This document shows, piece after piece, positions 30,206-40,768 of a stretch of 64,000 nucleotides of DNA (its first letter is position 1; the number at the start of each line of letters is the position of its first letter). The notes beneath the pieces were generated by a model that was not told the origin of the DNA, searched no databases, and saw only the letters and a program-made list of their open reading frames with translations. The position numbers and the translations under genes were made by a program. The stretch lies in NCBI GenBank assembly GCA_013387205.1, contig WARV01000009.1, forward strand, positions 667 to 64,666, given 5' to 3'. The DNA comes from Patescibacteria group bacterium. Lineage in GTDB: Bacteria; Patescibacteriota; Doudnabacteria; UBA920.

Positions 30206-30646
30206 TTATTTTGCTTTGCAAGAATTTCCCACTTTCCTATAACCATAATTGCAATACCAAGTTGAGCCGGAAACATAGGCATTTTTTGGAGCAATGACTT
30301 TCTTACAGACTTTGCCTACTTTTTTATATCCTGAGTCGCAACTAAAACCTATTCCGGAAGCAGAGGTATTGGCATTTTCAGGAACTTTCTTTAAGGCACA
30401 GTTATAGCAGTCTTTATAATAACCGCTGGGCGGGTAGATTACGCCGCCGCTTTTTGGGTAAGTCGGATACAAACAAGGATGTCCGGCATCACCACAAGTA
30501 TACGAACCGCTATCGGAAGGGCAAGAATGCCAGCGGTGACAGCCAGACCTATGAGCAGAGGCATAATCAAAAATAATAAAGCTACCTAATAAGGTTAGTG
30601 TAATTACTACGATTCGTATTCGCCTTTTTAAACTTAAAATATCCAT
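30206..30646 (-). CDS. Secreted Cys-rich protein
   Basis: Signal peptide; HRSGCHRWHSCPSD; P.NA....W.C..GY repeats. Confidence 0.8.
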   Translation of the reverse strand: MDILSLKRRIRIVVITLTLLGSFIIFDYASAHRSGCHRWHSCPSDSGSYTCGDAGHPCLYPTYPKSGGVIYPPSGYYKDCYNCALKKVPENANTSASGIGFSCDSGYKKVGKVCKKVIAPKNAYVSGSTWYCNYGYRKVGNSCKAK

Positions 30647-30802
30647 ATCATCTTAAGCATATACCTAAGCCAAAAAATTGTAAATATGGCTTGTTTAAGA
30701 TGGATGGACTGAGGAGGGCGCCTTGAGCGATTTGCCCACTGCGGAGTGCAGAGAGCGCGTTTTAGACCAGTTATCTTTATGCCTTAAAATCATGTATTAA
30801 AA

Positions 30803-30839
30803 AACGGCTAAAACCTAAGAAATTTACGTCTTAGCCGTT
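30803..30839. repeat. REP-like palindrome (37 bp)
   Basis: aacggctaaaacctaagaaatttacgtcttagccgtt. Confidence 0.85.
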
Positions 30840-30976
30840 AGTGGTGTTAAATGCAATCTCATACAAAGTGTATTTGAAAAAAGGATAATAAAAAAAGCCC
30901 CAAAGTTTCCCTTGAGGCCCGAGGCTTGTATTGAGCTAAGTGTGAGAATGGTAACCGCAGGTCTTACTACCGCCTG

Positions 30977-33900
30977 CTAGTTTACCGTGAAAGCACTGGA
31001 ATAAGCTGTTCCGTAGGCAGTTTGTAGCTTGATCTGCCAGCTACCGGTGCTAAGCAATATATTGATGATTCGGATGGTGTTCAGAGACTGGATGGTGAGT
31101 CCAGCAACACCGTTCGTTCCACCGTCATTCGGATAGCAGGTGTTGGTGCCACTGACGCAGAACCACACCTTTGTGCTTGGTGTAAAACCCGTGCCGTAGA
31201 TGTACCCTGAGAACTGGACACCACCCACTGGCTGATTGTCCCAGTAGTAGCCCCCTGTTCCAGAATTGATCGTTGGCGCCACGCCGTTGACCGTAACACT
31301 GCAACTATTGGAAGTAGTGGTATTGCTGCTGTCCTTAACGGTAACGTTGTAGGTGAATGTTCCAGCGTCGTTTGGCAATACAGTAGCGCTGTTGCTTGAC
31401 TGGTAAGATCCTCCGTTGAGGCTGTACAGATAACCGCCAGTGCCGCCTGTTGCGTTCCCAATAAGGGACGAGCCGTTTCCTAAGTTAACAGGATTCGGCG
31501 ACAGGTAGCAGCTTACGGAAAGCGGAGCAGGAGGCGGCGCTGTCACGGTCAAGGTCGGATAGAGGTATTGGTCAACCCCTCCGCCCTGAGCGTGTAGCGT
31601 TAATGTGTAAGTCCCTGTTGGGGTAGATCCAGTAGTCTGCAAAGTCAGGGTAAAACTTGCCCCGCTTGTTGGACCGATGGAAAATACCAAAGACGAAGGA
31701 CTGGCAATTGTGGTATTTGCAGGTAAACCGGAAACAAATACTGTCACCTGATAGGTAAAGTTGTTGACGGGTGTAAGGTTTAAGTCAAACCCGACAGAAT
31801 CTCCAGCCTGTGCAGACTTGTTTCCGTTGAGCATGGTAAAAGTGTAAGTCGGAGTTGGAGTACTAGCCAGATTCACCGCAAAACTCACTGTTCCGCCAGC
31901 AGACAGGGTCTGGGTGGCAGCAGGAGTGATGGAATTGATGGTGTAGCCAGAAGGAGCCGTGCAGGACAAGGTGTAACTGCCTGCAGCCTGGCTGTTCAAG
32001 GTCGCCGGTGCCGAAATGTTCGTACCGTTAAGCGTACAACTAACCGTTCCTGCATAACCGCTGACTGTGACATTGACGGTGCCGGCGGAGGAAGACTGAC
32101 CCCCACTATATAGATTCGCAATCTCAGCCACGCTCAAAACCCGGCTGAAAATTGCAAGGTCGTCTAGCAAACCATCGAAACTGCGGTAAGCGCTGTTAAC
32201 ATACCAGCTACCGAGCAAGACGTTGGAAAGATCCAAAGATGGAGTGGTGGTAAAGGTGTTGGTTTTGTCCAAAACCCCATCAATGTAATACTTTATGGTC
32301 TTGTTGTTGACATCTATTGTGGTGGCAACATGGTGCCAGTTCTGGTCACTGATGGCAGAAGACACATAGTTTACGTCCCAACCTGGGTCAGGAATTCCAT
32401 ACACATACGAGCTTAGCCTGTCATTGTAGTAACCGACACGCGTGGTCATCATGAAAGCAAACTGGCCATTTGAACCAAAGCCGTTAGAACCAAACATGGC
32501 CCTATCCGTGTGGACAGTGGTAAAAGAAGTGGGCTTTATCCAGGCCGTGATTGTCACGGCATTGTTCCCAGTTCCATTGACGTCTCCAACGGTAATACGG
32601 CTATTGGAAGCATTGGAAAGCAATGCTCCTTGGCCGAACTTACCATAGCTGGTGCCATAGGTTACACTGGTGTCATTGCCGTTATGTCCGCCTTTGATAT
32701 CATTACTGTTTCCTTCAAAGCGGTAGTAAGCAAGCAGGTTCGGGTCATTGTAGAGCGAGGTGGAGAAGAGCTCGGTGGGACCGGAAGGCGCAGCCGTGAC
32801 GGTAAATGCATTGGAAAGATTGGACCATGTACCTGTACCGTTGCGTACCTTCACTTTCCAATCACCAGCAGAAAGGTTAATGCTAGAAATTACCGCTTGA
32901 CTGCCATCGATATTGGCAGCGACGGTAATTCCCGCGGGTTGCTGGTAGCAAGTGGTGTATCCGGGATCCTGGCAAAACCACACTTGTAGATTGCCAGGAA
33001 CTTGGTCAAAGTTGAGTCCGCTGACAATTCCATCGAAAGGAGTTCCAGCGGTAGCGGAACTGCTTGTGACGCCGAAAAGGTTGACAGAAGGCTGGCCGAG
33101 TTGGATTTGGTTGACACAGGTTGTGTGGGTTTGGTTACCCAGAGAGTCTGTGACATACAAATCCACGCCTGACAAGTATCCACCGTTGGTATAAGTGGTG
33201 GTGACCGAATTTCCTGTTCCGACAGCGCCGTTCTCCCAACTTATGGAGTGAGAAGATGAGCCACCGGAGACGGTAGCCGTGTAGGTCACTGGCGTATTAA
33301 CTGAAAGGATGCTGCTGTTCGGAGAGCATACCGCAGTCAACGAAGGGTTAATGACGAGGTTTTGGCTATTAGACAAAGACCCGCCAGGCCCGTTCCTTAA
33401 CTGAAACTGGTATGTATCCGCTTGCAACGGAGCAGTAAAACTGCCGACATAAGAAGTGGTCGTGGCATCGATCTTAGTTCCAAGACACCCGTTTGAACAT
33501 CCAGGTCCATAAATTAGACCTTGTATGTTCGCAGGATCCACAGAGCTAGCAGTGGCATACACATTGAAATTGTTGCCAACTGTCATGCCGCCAGATACTC
33601 CAACTGCGTTAATAGTGGGGGTGGTACTGGTTGGTGTCCCGCTATACAAATTCGCAATCTCAGCGTCTGTTGGCATGCGGTTAAAGAACGCGACGTCATC
33701 CATGTAACCGTTCCAGTACCGGTAGTTGTTAGTGGCGAATACCCCCAAGCTAGTAGGGGCGCCCGTTGCTATGCTTTCGGTATTGGTGAAGGTTGCCGAA
33801 TTATCGAGTACGCCGTTGATGTAGATCTTGGTAACACCGGTGGTAGCGTTGTAGGCTACGTCCCACATGTACCAAGTATTGGTTGTCAAGGTGGTGTTGG

Positions 33901-35617
33901 TCGATGATAAAACATTTGCTTTTGTATCGTAAAGCTCCAGATGGAGCTTGAATTGCGTCGCTGAAGTTCCTCTGATGTGCCAGAAAAGCTGCCCCAACGT
34001 GGACCACGTAGGCGAAGACCATATGGTTTCGTCGTAAGGGTAGCCTGGGGCAACAAGGACGTTAAACCATCCGTGTATCCAGAGGATGTTACCGCTGGGA
34101 GGTATTGCCGATAAGCCAAGGGCGATATTGGAAGAATTGCCGTTGAAGAGCGCCCCCTGCCCAAATTTCCCATAGCTTGAACCGTACGCCATGTTGGTGT
34201 CGCTGCCGTTGTGGCCGCCTTTGGTATCGTTACTGTTTCCTTCAAAGCGGTAGTAAGCAAGCAAGCTCGGGTCAGTGTAGAGCGAGGTGGAGAAGAGCTC
34301 GGTGGGGCCGGAACCACCCGGAACAGGCGGCTCAATTGCCTGGATGGTTAATGTGGAAGAGGGAGTAGCGCCCACACTACCGTTATTATCCTGAAAAACC
34401 GTTTGAAGTTTTGCAGAATAAGTACCAAGCGGTGTTTGAGAAGGTACGTAGATGAGACTCTTAGCTGGTACAGTGGCGTTGGCCGACAGCACTTTATTGC
34501 CGTCTGAAAATGAGAGTATACTAGCTGGTGTTGATACTACGTTTCCTTGAGCGGTTCCTGCAAAGTTTAGCATGCTCTGTAGGTTAAACGGAATTTCTCC
34601 CATACCACCTTGAGTAATGGAAATAGAAGATGGAACCGATGTTAGGTTTACTTTGGGATTTGTAGTTGAAATTCCTGCTGCAGAAATGTTGTTATCCGGG
34701 GTATTGGCCGTGTTAGTTAGCCATTGAATTGGGTCAGTAAAGCCATATGTCTCCTGCCAGGTCGATTTGGTCTGAGGTATATAGTCAGTATCGTACCCTA
34801 AGCCCAATTTTTGATTAACCATTGGTATTGAAGGGAAGTTGGGATTAGTATTTGGAACAAAAATCCCTAAATGTAAATGCCTTGCGTTTGCTCCTTCCCA
34901 ATCTCCAATCAGTGCAAATGGTTGCCCAGCGACAATTGGATCATTAAGTTGAAACGGCAGTTTCGTAACAATATTGTAATCCAGTACGTGGCCGTAAACA
35001 CCCCAGAAGAAGTTGTTACTGCCTGCGATTTTGTGTTTAACTAAAATCGCAACGTTGTACTTTCTTATTCCAACACCGCAATTGGGATCTTTCCACTGTA
35101 CCAGATCTTTCATGGTTTCGCATTTTGTTGTGCCCCAATTAGCCAAATCCGTAGATACGTAACCGGACTGGTTGAAGTACCCAGGTGTTGGCGAAGCATC
35201 ACCGCTGATACCTTTACTAACATTAGTAACTATACCATCGGCAATTGCATAGACCGAGTGCCCTATACCATTAGGCGTACCATCTGTGTAGGTAGGGCTG
35301 CTTACAAGCATATCCTGACCCGTGTGATAGAGCTTGGGCCTGTAGCAACCGTGGCCGGTTCCGCCCGGACTTCGCGACAACCAATCACTACATCCATTTT
35401 GATTTCGTGTCGCATCTGCTCCCGCAGGGTTGTAGTAACCAGTTGCACTGACTTGAGTGTGACCAAAGACTTGGTCAAATGCGGACTGTGCTTGAGCCAA
35501 GCCCACAAAGATAACAACCGTGGTCAATAAAATCAACTTTCTCATACTTTTCCTCTTTTGCGTTGTGAAGGTGCTAATGGGTTTATACCCACGACTTGCC
35601 CATAAAATTATGAGCAA
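30977..35617 (-). CDS. Giant secreted protein: M23 peptidase-like domain + two LamG/ConA domains + Ig-like modules (start probably at MRKLIL)
   Basis: HTGQD...YGH...HLHLG; two LLAYYRFEGNSND...YINGVL...DD.A.F units. Confidence 0.85.
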   Translation of the reverse strand: MLIILWASRGYKPISTFTTQKRKSMRKLILLTTVVIFVGLAQAQSAFDQVFGHTQVSATGYYNPAGADATRNQNGCSDWLSRSPGGTGHGCYRPKLYHTGQDMLVSSPTYTDGTPNGIGHSVYAIADGIVTNVSKGISGDASPTPGYFNQSGYVSTDLANWGTTKCETMKDLVQWKDPNCGVGIRKYNVAILVKHKIAGSNNFFWGVYGHVLDYNIVTKLPFQLNDPIVAGQPFALIGDWEGANARHLHLGIFVPNTNPNFPSIPMVNQKLGLGYDTDYIPQTKSTWQETYGFTDPIQWLTNTANTPDNNISAAGISTTNPKVNLTSVPSSISITQGGMGEIPFNLQSMLNFAGTAQGNVVSTPASILSFSDGNKVLSANATVPAKSLIYVPSQTPLGTYSAKLQTVFQDNNGSVGATPSSTLTIQAIEPPVPGGSGPTELFSTSLYTDPSLLAYYRFEGNSNDTKGGHNGSDTNMAYGSSYGKFGQGALFNGNSSNIALGLSAIPPSGNILWIHGWFNVLVAPGYPYDETIWSSPTWSTLGQLFWHIRGTSATQFKLHLELYDTKANVLSSTNTTLTTNTWYMWDVAYNATTGVTKIYINGVLDNSATFTNTESIATGAPTSLGVFATNNYRYWNGYMDDVAFFNRMPTDAEIANLYSGTPTSTTPTINAVGVSGGMTVGNNFNVYATASSVDPANIQGLIYGPGCSNGCLGTKIDATTTSYVGSFTAPLQADTYQFQLRNGPGGSLSNSQNLVINPSLTAVCSPNSSILSVNTPVTYTATVSGGSSSHSISWENGAVGTGNSVTTTYTNGGYLSGVDLYVTDSLGNQTHTTCVNQIQLGQPSVNLFGVTSSSATAGTPFDGIVSGLNFDQVPGNLQVWFCQDPGYTTCYQQPAGITVAANIDGSQAVISSINLSAGDWKVKVRNGTGTWSNLSNAFTVTAAPSGPTELFSTSLYNDPNLLAYYRFEGNSNDIKGGHNGNDTSVTYGTSYGKFGQGALLSNASNSRITVGDVNGTGNNAVTITAWIKPTSFTTVHTDRAMFGSNGFGSNGQFAFMMTTRVGYYNDRLSSYVYGIPDPGWDVNYVSSAISDQNWHHVATTIDVNNKTIKYYIDGVLDKTNTFTTTPSLDLSNVLLGSWYVNSAYRSFDGLLDDLAIFSRVLSVAEIANLYSGGQSSSAGTVNVTVSGYAGTVSCTLNGTNISAPATLNSQAAGSYTLSCTAPSGYTINSITPAATQTLSAGGTVSFAVNLASTPTPTYTFTMLNGNKSAQAGDSVGFDLNLTPVNNFTYQVTVFVSGLPANTTIASPSSLVFSIGPTSGASFTLTLQTTGSTPTGTYTLTLHAQGGGVDQYLYPTLTVTAPPPAPLSVSCYLSPNPVNLGNGSSLIGNATGGTGGYLYSLNGGSYQSSNSATVLPNDAGTFTYNVTVKDSSNTTTSNSCSVTVNGVAPTINSGTGGYYWDNQPVGGVQFSGYIYGTGFTPSTKVWFCVSGTNTCYPNDGGTNGVAGLTIQSLNTIRIINILLSTGSWQIKLQTAYGTAYSSAFTVN

Positions 35618-35700
35618 GATGATGGGAATAATATAAATGTGTGAATTGCGTAGTTGATATGGCTATGTTACAATAAAATACCATCAATAAGACTTAAAAT

Positions 35701-36198
35701 ATGATAAAAAAAATATTATTTTTTACATTTTTTTTAGGGTTGTTAGGGGCAGGCTGCAATAAAACTGAACCAATCAACAATTCACGAGAAACTTATACTA
35801 ACACCAAATACGGTTATAAAGTGGAGTATCCTTCTGGATATGTAGTTGATACATTTAAGACAACTGATGCAGGAGAAGACCTTCCTACAACTCCAGCACA
35901 AGCAGATTCTAACCCCGTAACAATAAGTAAGAATGGAAGTAAAAATTGGATCTCTATAAATGTATACATGGGGGCTTTGCCATTAACAGATGAGAATGTA
36001 GGAAAAGGTTTTGCCACCAACCCTACGGTAACAAAGATACAAGTTGCTAATTTACCAGGTTATAAATTGACATTTCCAGATACGCCATACGAGTTATACT
36101 TTGTCCAAAAATTTAACGGGCCACGTATTGGAATTAAAATACCTGTTAATAATTCCTTATCTGAAGATATGCTCAAAAGCTTTAGTTTTACCAATTGA
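35701..36198 (+). CDS. Lipoprotein (PsbP-like)
   Basis: LGAGC lipobox; YTNTKYGYKVEYP. Confidence 0.8.
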   Translation: MIKKILFFTFFLGLLGAGCNKTEPINNSRETYTNTKYGYKVEYPSGYVVDTFKTTDAGEDLPTTPAQADSNPVTISKNGSKNWISINVYMGALPLTDENVGKGFATNPTVTKIQVANLPGYKLTFPDTPYELYFVQKFNGPRIGIKIPVNNSLSEDMLKSFSFTN

Positions 36199-36361
36199 TC
36201 CAAACTTTTTCAATTTTAGGCTCTTGTAAAAAATTTCAATATGAAACTAAAAATCCGCTTGTAAATATTCAGCGGATTTTTTAATTTTCCTCATAAATTA
36301 TACAGTTTTTATAATATTTGTCAAGATTATGCGGTTTTTTCAAAAAGGATATTAACAAAAC

Positions 36362-36398
36362 AACGGCTAAAACCCAGGAAATTTAGGTTTTAGCCGTT
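36362..36398. repeat. REP-like palindrome (37 bp)
   Basis: aacggctaaaacccaggaaatttaggttttagccgtt. Confidence 0.85.
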
Positions 36399-36409
36399 TA
36401 GGGAATTTA

Positions 36410-36955
36410 TTATTTTGAGGATTTGATTTCTTCGGCGATGGTGTTGGTCCAGGATTCGATTTCTTTCCAGTCGCGGAAGTCGCCTTCGGGCATATTTTGG
36501 CGGGCAGAGGGGATTTTTTGCACTATCCTGTAGACAAAGCCGACAAAGCCGGTCAATTTTTCCCCAAAAAGCGCGCCAAAGAAAACTTTGTGGCCGCGGG
36601 GTTTGACAAGGGCCTTTAGCCCATCTATCTCTTGAGGCATTACTGAGGTTTCAAGCAAATCGCGTCCCTTGGCGTCCGTCTTCTTGTCGCTTGTGGGTCC
36701 GCTGGAAAATAGCCACACAGGGCGAGTGGAAAGCAGGGCCTGGTTTTTGGAAACAAACTGTTTTGCCTGTTTCATCCAGCTGCCCATGAACACGGCGCTG
36801 CCAATAACAAACGCGTTATAGCTTTCTAAATTTTTTACTTCATCTACATTAATCACGTCCGCTTCCAGTCCATGCTCGTTGAGTTTTTTGCCAATATGTT
36901 CGGCAATCCCTTTGGTGGAACCATATTTGCTCGCATAGGCTACTAAAATTTTCAT
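36410..36955 (-). CDS. Flavodoxin domain protein (HemG-like)
   Basis: YASKYGSTKGIAE, GSAVF, WLFSSGP, GDFRDW. Confidence 0.88.
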   Translation of the reverse strand: MKILVAYASKYGSTKGIAEHIGKKLNEHGLEADVINVDEVKNLESYNAFVIGSAVFMGSWMKQAKQFVSKNQALLSTRPVWLFSSGPTSDKKTDAKGRDLLETSVMPQEIDGLKALVKPRGHKVFFGALFGEKLTGFVGFVYRIVQKIPSARQNMPEGDFRDWKEIESWTNTIAEEIKSSK

Positions 36956-37046
36956 ATATTTATTTAATTAATTTAATATTGTTTTTAGTGGTACAGTTAT
37001 TATTAATGACTATATAAATTGTATCACCTTACATTTCCAACAAAAA

Positions 37047-37400
37047 TTAATTTTCACCCTTATCGCTTGGGATGTGGAATTTGTGCAGCAGGCGGTGGAT
37101 TATCGGTGCCAGCAGGACGCCTACTGAAACCAGGAACACGACGCCGGAGAATAGGGCGTAAAGGGAGGCGAATATTTTCCCCGCGTTTGTATTCAATTGG
37201 TTAACCGGTCCCATGCCGCCTAAAATCATTGCTGCATTCAAAGTGGAATCTATCCACGACATGCCTTCTAATAGTTTGTAGCCAAGGATGCCAATGAACC
37301 AGGACACTGCGACAAGCAGTAATGCGCTTGCGGCAAACCGCCCCATCCTGCGAATAAAAGCCCGCCTGGAAATTAAAGGTTGTTGATGATGTTCGAACAT
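37047..37400 (-). CDS. Two-TM ion-channel-like membrane protein
   Basis: SWIDSTLNAAMILGGMGP...AGKIFASLYAL. Confidence 0.8.
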   Translation of the reverse strand: MFEHHQQPLISRRAFIRRMGRFAASALLLVAVSWFIGILGYKLLEGMSWIDSTLNAAMILGGMGPVNQLNTNAGKIFASLYALFSGVVFLVSVGVLLAPIIHRLLHKFHIPSDKGEN

Positions 37401-37539
37401 AAATAAAAATTATTTCTTGTATTTTTATTATACGATAATTTAATTATTATAGATAGATTAAGAAATTTTTATACTAACCCGTCATAAGTGTTATAATGAT
37501 TTTATAAGGTTTAGGAGTATCTGCCATTAATAATATTCT

Positions 37540-38580
37540 ATGAAAGCTACTATTTTTCAAGGATCGGGCAAGATTGAAGTGCGGGAAGTGCCGGATCCGG
37601 TTATTCAAAATCCAGATGAGGCTATAGTTAAAATTACATATAGCTGCATTTGCGGTTCTGACTTGTGGTATTATCGCGGACTTAGTCCGCTTGAAGTCGG
37701 CGGCCGCATTGGCCATGAGTTTATGGGGATTGTGGAAGCGGTTGGGGAAAATGTAAAAAATATTAAGCCCGGCGATTTAGTTGTGGCGCCGTTTGTCGCC
37801 TCGGACGGTACGTGTCCCGAATGCCTGGTTGGGCAGACCAGGTTATGCCGCAATTTCAAGTTTTGGGGTACCCAAGGTTATGACGGGGGACAGGGGCAAA
37901 AGGTGCGCGTGCCAATGGCAGACGGAACATTGTTTGTCATACCAAAAGATAAGGCAAAAGACGAGCATATGATGCGGGCGCTATTGCCTCTCTCTGACGT
38001 TTTAGGTACCGGGCATCATGCCGCCGTAAGCGCTGGAGTTAAACAAGGATCTACCGTGGCAGTTGTTGGCGATGGGGCAGTGGGGCTGTGCGCTGTTGCA
38101 GCAAGCAAGAGATTAGGGGCTTTGAGGATATTTTTAGTGAGCACTCATGAAGACCGCGCAGAAATAGGAAAAAAATTCGGTGCGACAGATATTATAGCGG
38201 CACGGGGTGAGGAAGCGATAAGACAAATAAAAGTAGCGACAGGAGATTTGGGAGTTGATTGCGCTTTGGAATGCGTGGGTACGCCCGAATCGTGGGATGC
38301 CTGTTTTGGCGCGGTGCGCAAAGGCGGTAATATTGGTGCGGTGGGGGTGCCTCATGGCGTGGCTGATATCCCTGTTTCCAGAATTTTTACCGCTAACATA
38401 GGAGTAAAAGGCAGTGGTGCGCCGGTGGCCCATTATATCCCGGAGCTGATGCCGGACGTGCTGTCTGGTAAATTAGATGTGTCAGATATTTTCACCAAAA
38501 CTATCCCGCTATCGGACATCGCCCAAGGTTATAAAGATATGGACGAGCGGAAAGAAATAAAAGTTTTGATTAAACTATGA
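37540..38580 (+). CDS. Zn-dependent alcohol dehydrogenase (MDR)
   Basis: CICGSD, GHEFMG, GDGAVG. Confidence 0.93.
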   Translation: MKATIFQGSGKIEVREVPDPVIQNPDEAIVKITYSCICGSDLWYYRGLSPLEVGGRIGHEFMGIVEAVGENVKNIKPGDLVVAPFVASDGTCPECLVGQTRLCRNFKFWGTQGYDGGQGQKVRVPMADGTLFVIPKDKAKDEHMMRALLPLSDVLGTGHHAAVSAGVKQGSTVAVVGDGAVGLCAVAASKRLGALRIFLVSTHEDRAEIGKKFGATDIIAARGEEAIRQIKVATGDLGVDCALECVGTPESWDACFGAVRKGGNIGAVGVPHGVADIPVSRIFTANIGVKGSGAPVAHYIPELMPDVLSGKLDVSDIFTKTIPLSDIAQGYKDMDERKEIKVLIKL

Positions 38581-38616
38581 AATTAACAATACTTTATAGA
38601 AATAACAAAAAACATC

Positions 38617-39459
38617 ATGACAACCATTAAGGCTTTCATAGAGCGCCACTCGCTGCCGATATATTTTATACTAACGTTCGCTATCTCTTGGGGCGGCATT
38701 CTGTTCATGGTTGGCCCTGGCGGAATCCCGGGTTCGCCGGTGCAAACCGCAAAGCCTCCATATGTGTATTCGGTTTTACTCTTTGGTCCCAGCGTAGCTG
38801 GTATCCTGTTGACCGGACTTGTCCGCGGAAGGGCGGGCTATCGCGAATTACTGTCCCGGTTATTCAGGTGGAGGGTGAGTGCCCGCTGGTACGCAATAGC
38901 TCTCCTGACTGCTCCGCTTTTGACAATGGCGGCACTTCTTGCGCTTTCGCTTGCTTCCCCGACTTTCCTTCCTGGCATATTCACCTCTGGTAATAAGGCC
39001 TCCATGCTGCTGGTTGGTATCGCGCTGGGGCTTACTGTCGGTATTTTTGAAGAGATCGGCTGGACAGGGTTTGCTATCCCTAAGCTTAAACAGCGCTATG
39101 GCGTGCTAACTACAGGGCTCGTTGTGGGTTTCTTATGGGGCGCGTGGCACTTTATTATGTTTTGGGAAAGCGACAGTTTTTCCAGGGCACTTCCTCTAAC
39201 TCTCTTGCTGGTGCGCCTATTTTCCTGGCTGCCGGCCTATAGGGTGCTCATGGTGTGGGTTTACGACAGGACCGGGAGCCTGCTTTTGGCGATACTTATG
39301 CACGCAAGTCTCGTGGTTAGCCAATTAACCCTCTTGCCTCTGGCGATATCAGGAGCGTTCCTTTTAGCTTCCATCCTTGTATGGGCCGCCGCGCTGTGGG
39401 TCGTCGTGTTCGTTTTTTTGCGAAAAAGACAATTGCCAGAATTGCAAATGGAAACATGA
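38617..39459 (+). CDS. CPBP (CAAX/Abi) intramembrane metalloprotease
   Basis: EEIGWTG, WGAWH, LMHAS. Confidence 0.9.
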   Translation: MTTIKAFIERHSLPIYFILTFAISWGGILFMVGPGGIPGSPVQTAKPPYVYSVLLFGPSVAGILLTGLVRGRAGYRELLSRLFRWRVSARWYAIALLTAPLLTMAALLALSLASPTFLPGIFTSGNKASMLLVGIALGLTVGIFEEIGWTGFAIPKLKQRYGVLTTGLVVGFLWGAWHFIMFWESDSFSRALPLTLLLVRLFSWLPAYRVLMVWVYDRTGSLLLAILMHASLVVSQLTLLPLAISGAFLLASILVWAAALWVVVFVFLRKRQLPELQMET

Positions 39460-39525
39460 TCTATATTAAATTGAAAAACAGGCTGACAAAATCAGCCTGT
39501 TTTTTTGGTTTGCAAACTGGAAGAA

Positions 39526-40191
39526 TTAAGTTTCACTTTCTTTTGTATGCAAAAGCGTAATAGATAATATTGCCGTCCATAGCATAGGTGAGTAGACGCT
39601 AATGCGTTCCATAACGCCCATCCACGGAGTGGGCAATTGCGCCACCATCTTGGGAGCTTGCATTCCCGTAAGAGCCCCAAAAACTAGCATGGCTAAGATT
39701 GTCAGGACAGAATATAGGCGAAACCATTTCCCATTCACGCCAGAACCAAAGGCAATGAAAGCTACCATAAGAGGAACGGTAATGGCTGTCATGACTATGT
39801 GCATGGTATCGGTAGCAGACCCCAAGGCTCCGCGCAAGTGCATTGGGAAAAACAGCCAAGCAAATCCTAGAATACCCCATATCGTCAGCAGGATTCCCGC
39901 AATACGCAGAGCGCGCTTCTCCTTGGATAATATCCAAACGCCTATTCCGAACGCTGCAACAAGAGGGTTAAACAAAAAACTCATGGCGATCCATGTGGTT
40001 CTGGTCGGGGCTCCGATTGCCGACAGTTCGCTGATGGTTTGAGAGGTGTAGCTATAACTTGTCCAGCTTAATGCCAGCAGTGTATCGGTAATAATATAGA
40101 GCAGCGCCGCAACAATGCCGCAAATGAGCAGGGGCTTAATAACAGCAGTCCGTTTTAGGGCCGTTTGATTGGCTGGTATCTGGTTTTCCAT
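39526..40191 (-). CDS. DUF998 membrane protein
   Basis: SQTISELSAIGAP, H, G.MER. Confidence 0.8.
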   Translation of the reverse strand: MENQIPANQTALKRTAVIKPLLICGIVAALLYIITDTLLALSWTSYSYTSQTISELSAIGAPTRTTWIAMSFLFNPLVAAFGIGVWILSKEKRALRIAGILLTIWGILGFAWLFFPMHLRGALGSATDTMHIVMTAITVPLMVAFIAFGSGVNGKWFRLYSVLTILAMLVFGALTGMQAPKMVAQLPTPWMGVMERISVYSPMLWTAILSITLLHTKESET

Positions 40192-40372
40192 ATAAATTTT
40201 TTATGTTATTGATGACATCTTAAGTTTAAATCTGAATTTTTATTTATGCAAGGCTTAAGGGTAAAACTATGGGATTAAAAATGCCAAATCGGCAGATTTA
40301 CCTTCCTGGCCTATTAGTGATAGAATAAAATATATTTAATTAATGGTGTTTATATTCGTTTAAAGAATATAT

Positions 40373-40756
40373 ATGGATATTAAAGCAAAACTTTCAACTT
40401 TGTGGTTATTCGCGACACTTAATTATCTTTATGCCGATGTTGTTGGATTAATGAATCCTGGGCTGCTCAGGCAATACCTGACGGGTACCGTAAACGGCGT
40501 TCATTTTAGCCAAGCGTTCCTATTGGGGGCATCAGTTTTAATAGAAATTCCTATTGCAATGGTCCTGCTGTCGCGGGTATTAAAATATGCTCCAAATCGG
40601 TGGGCAAACGTGATTGCAGGCACAATAATGACCGTTGTTCAGTTTGCAACGCTCTTTCTGGGAACACCAGCTTCTTATTATATATTTTTCAGTGTCTTAG
40701 AAATTTTAACCACTTCACTAATTGTCTGGTACGCCTGGCGGTGGCATCAGGCTTAA
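40373..40756 (+). CDS. DUF6326-like membrane protein
   Basis: KLSTLW...NYLYADV; 4 TM. Confidence 0.75.
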   Translation: MDIKAKLSTLWLFATLNYLYADVVGLMNPGLLRQYLTGTVNGVHFSQAFLLGASVLIEIPIAMVLLSRVLKYAPNRWANVIAGTIMTVVQFATLFLGTPASYYIFFSVLEILTTSLIVWYAWRWHQA

Positions 40757-40768
40757 AGTTATTTAATT

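Noticed and set aside
32640-34320. Internal repeat as a DGR template/variable pair
   Set aside because: Both copies are in frame within one gene, mismatches are not obviously adenine-specific, and there is no reverse transcriptase in the window.
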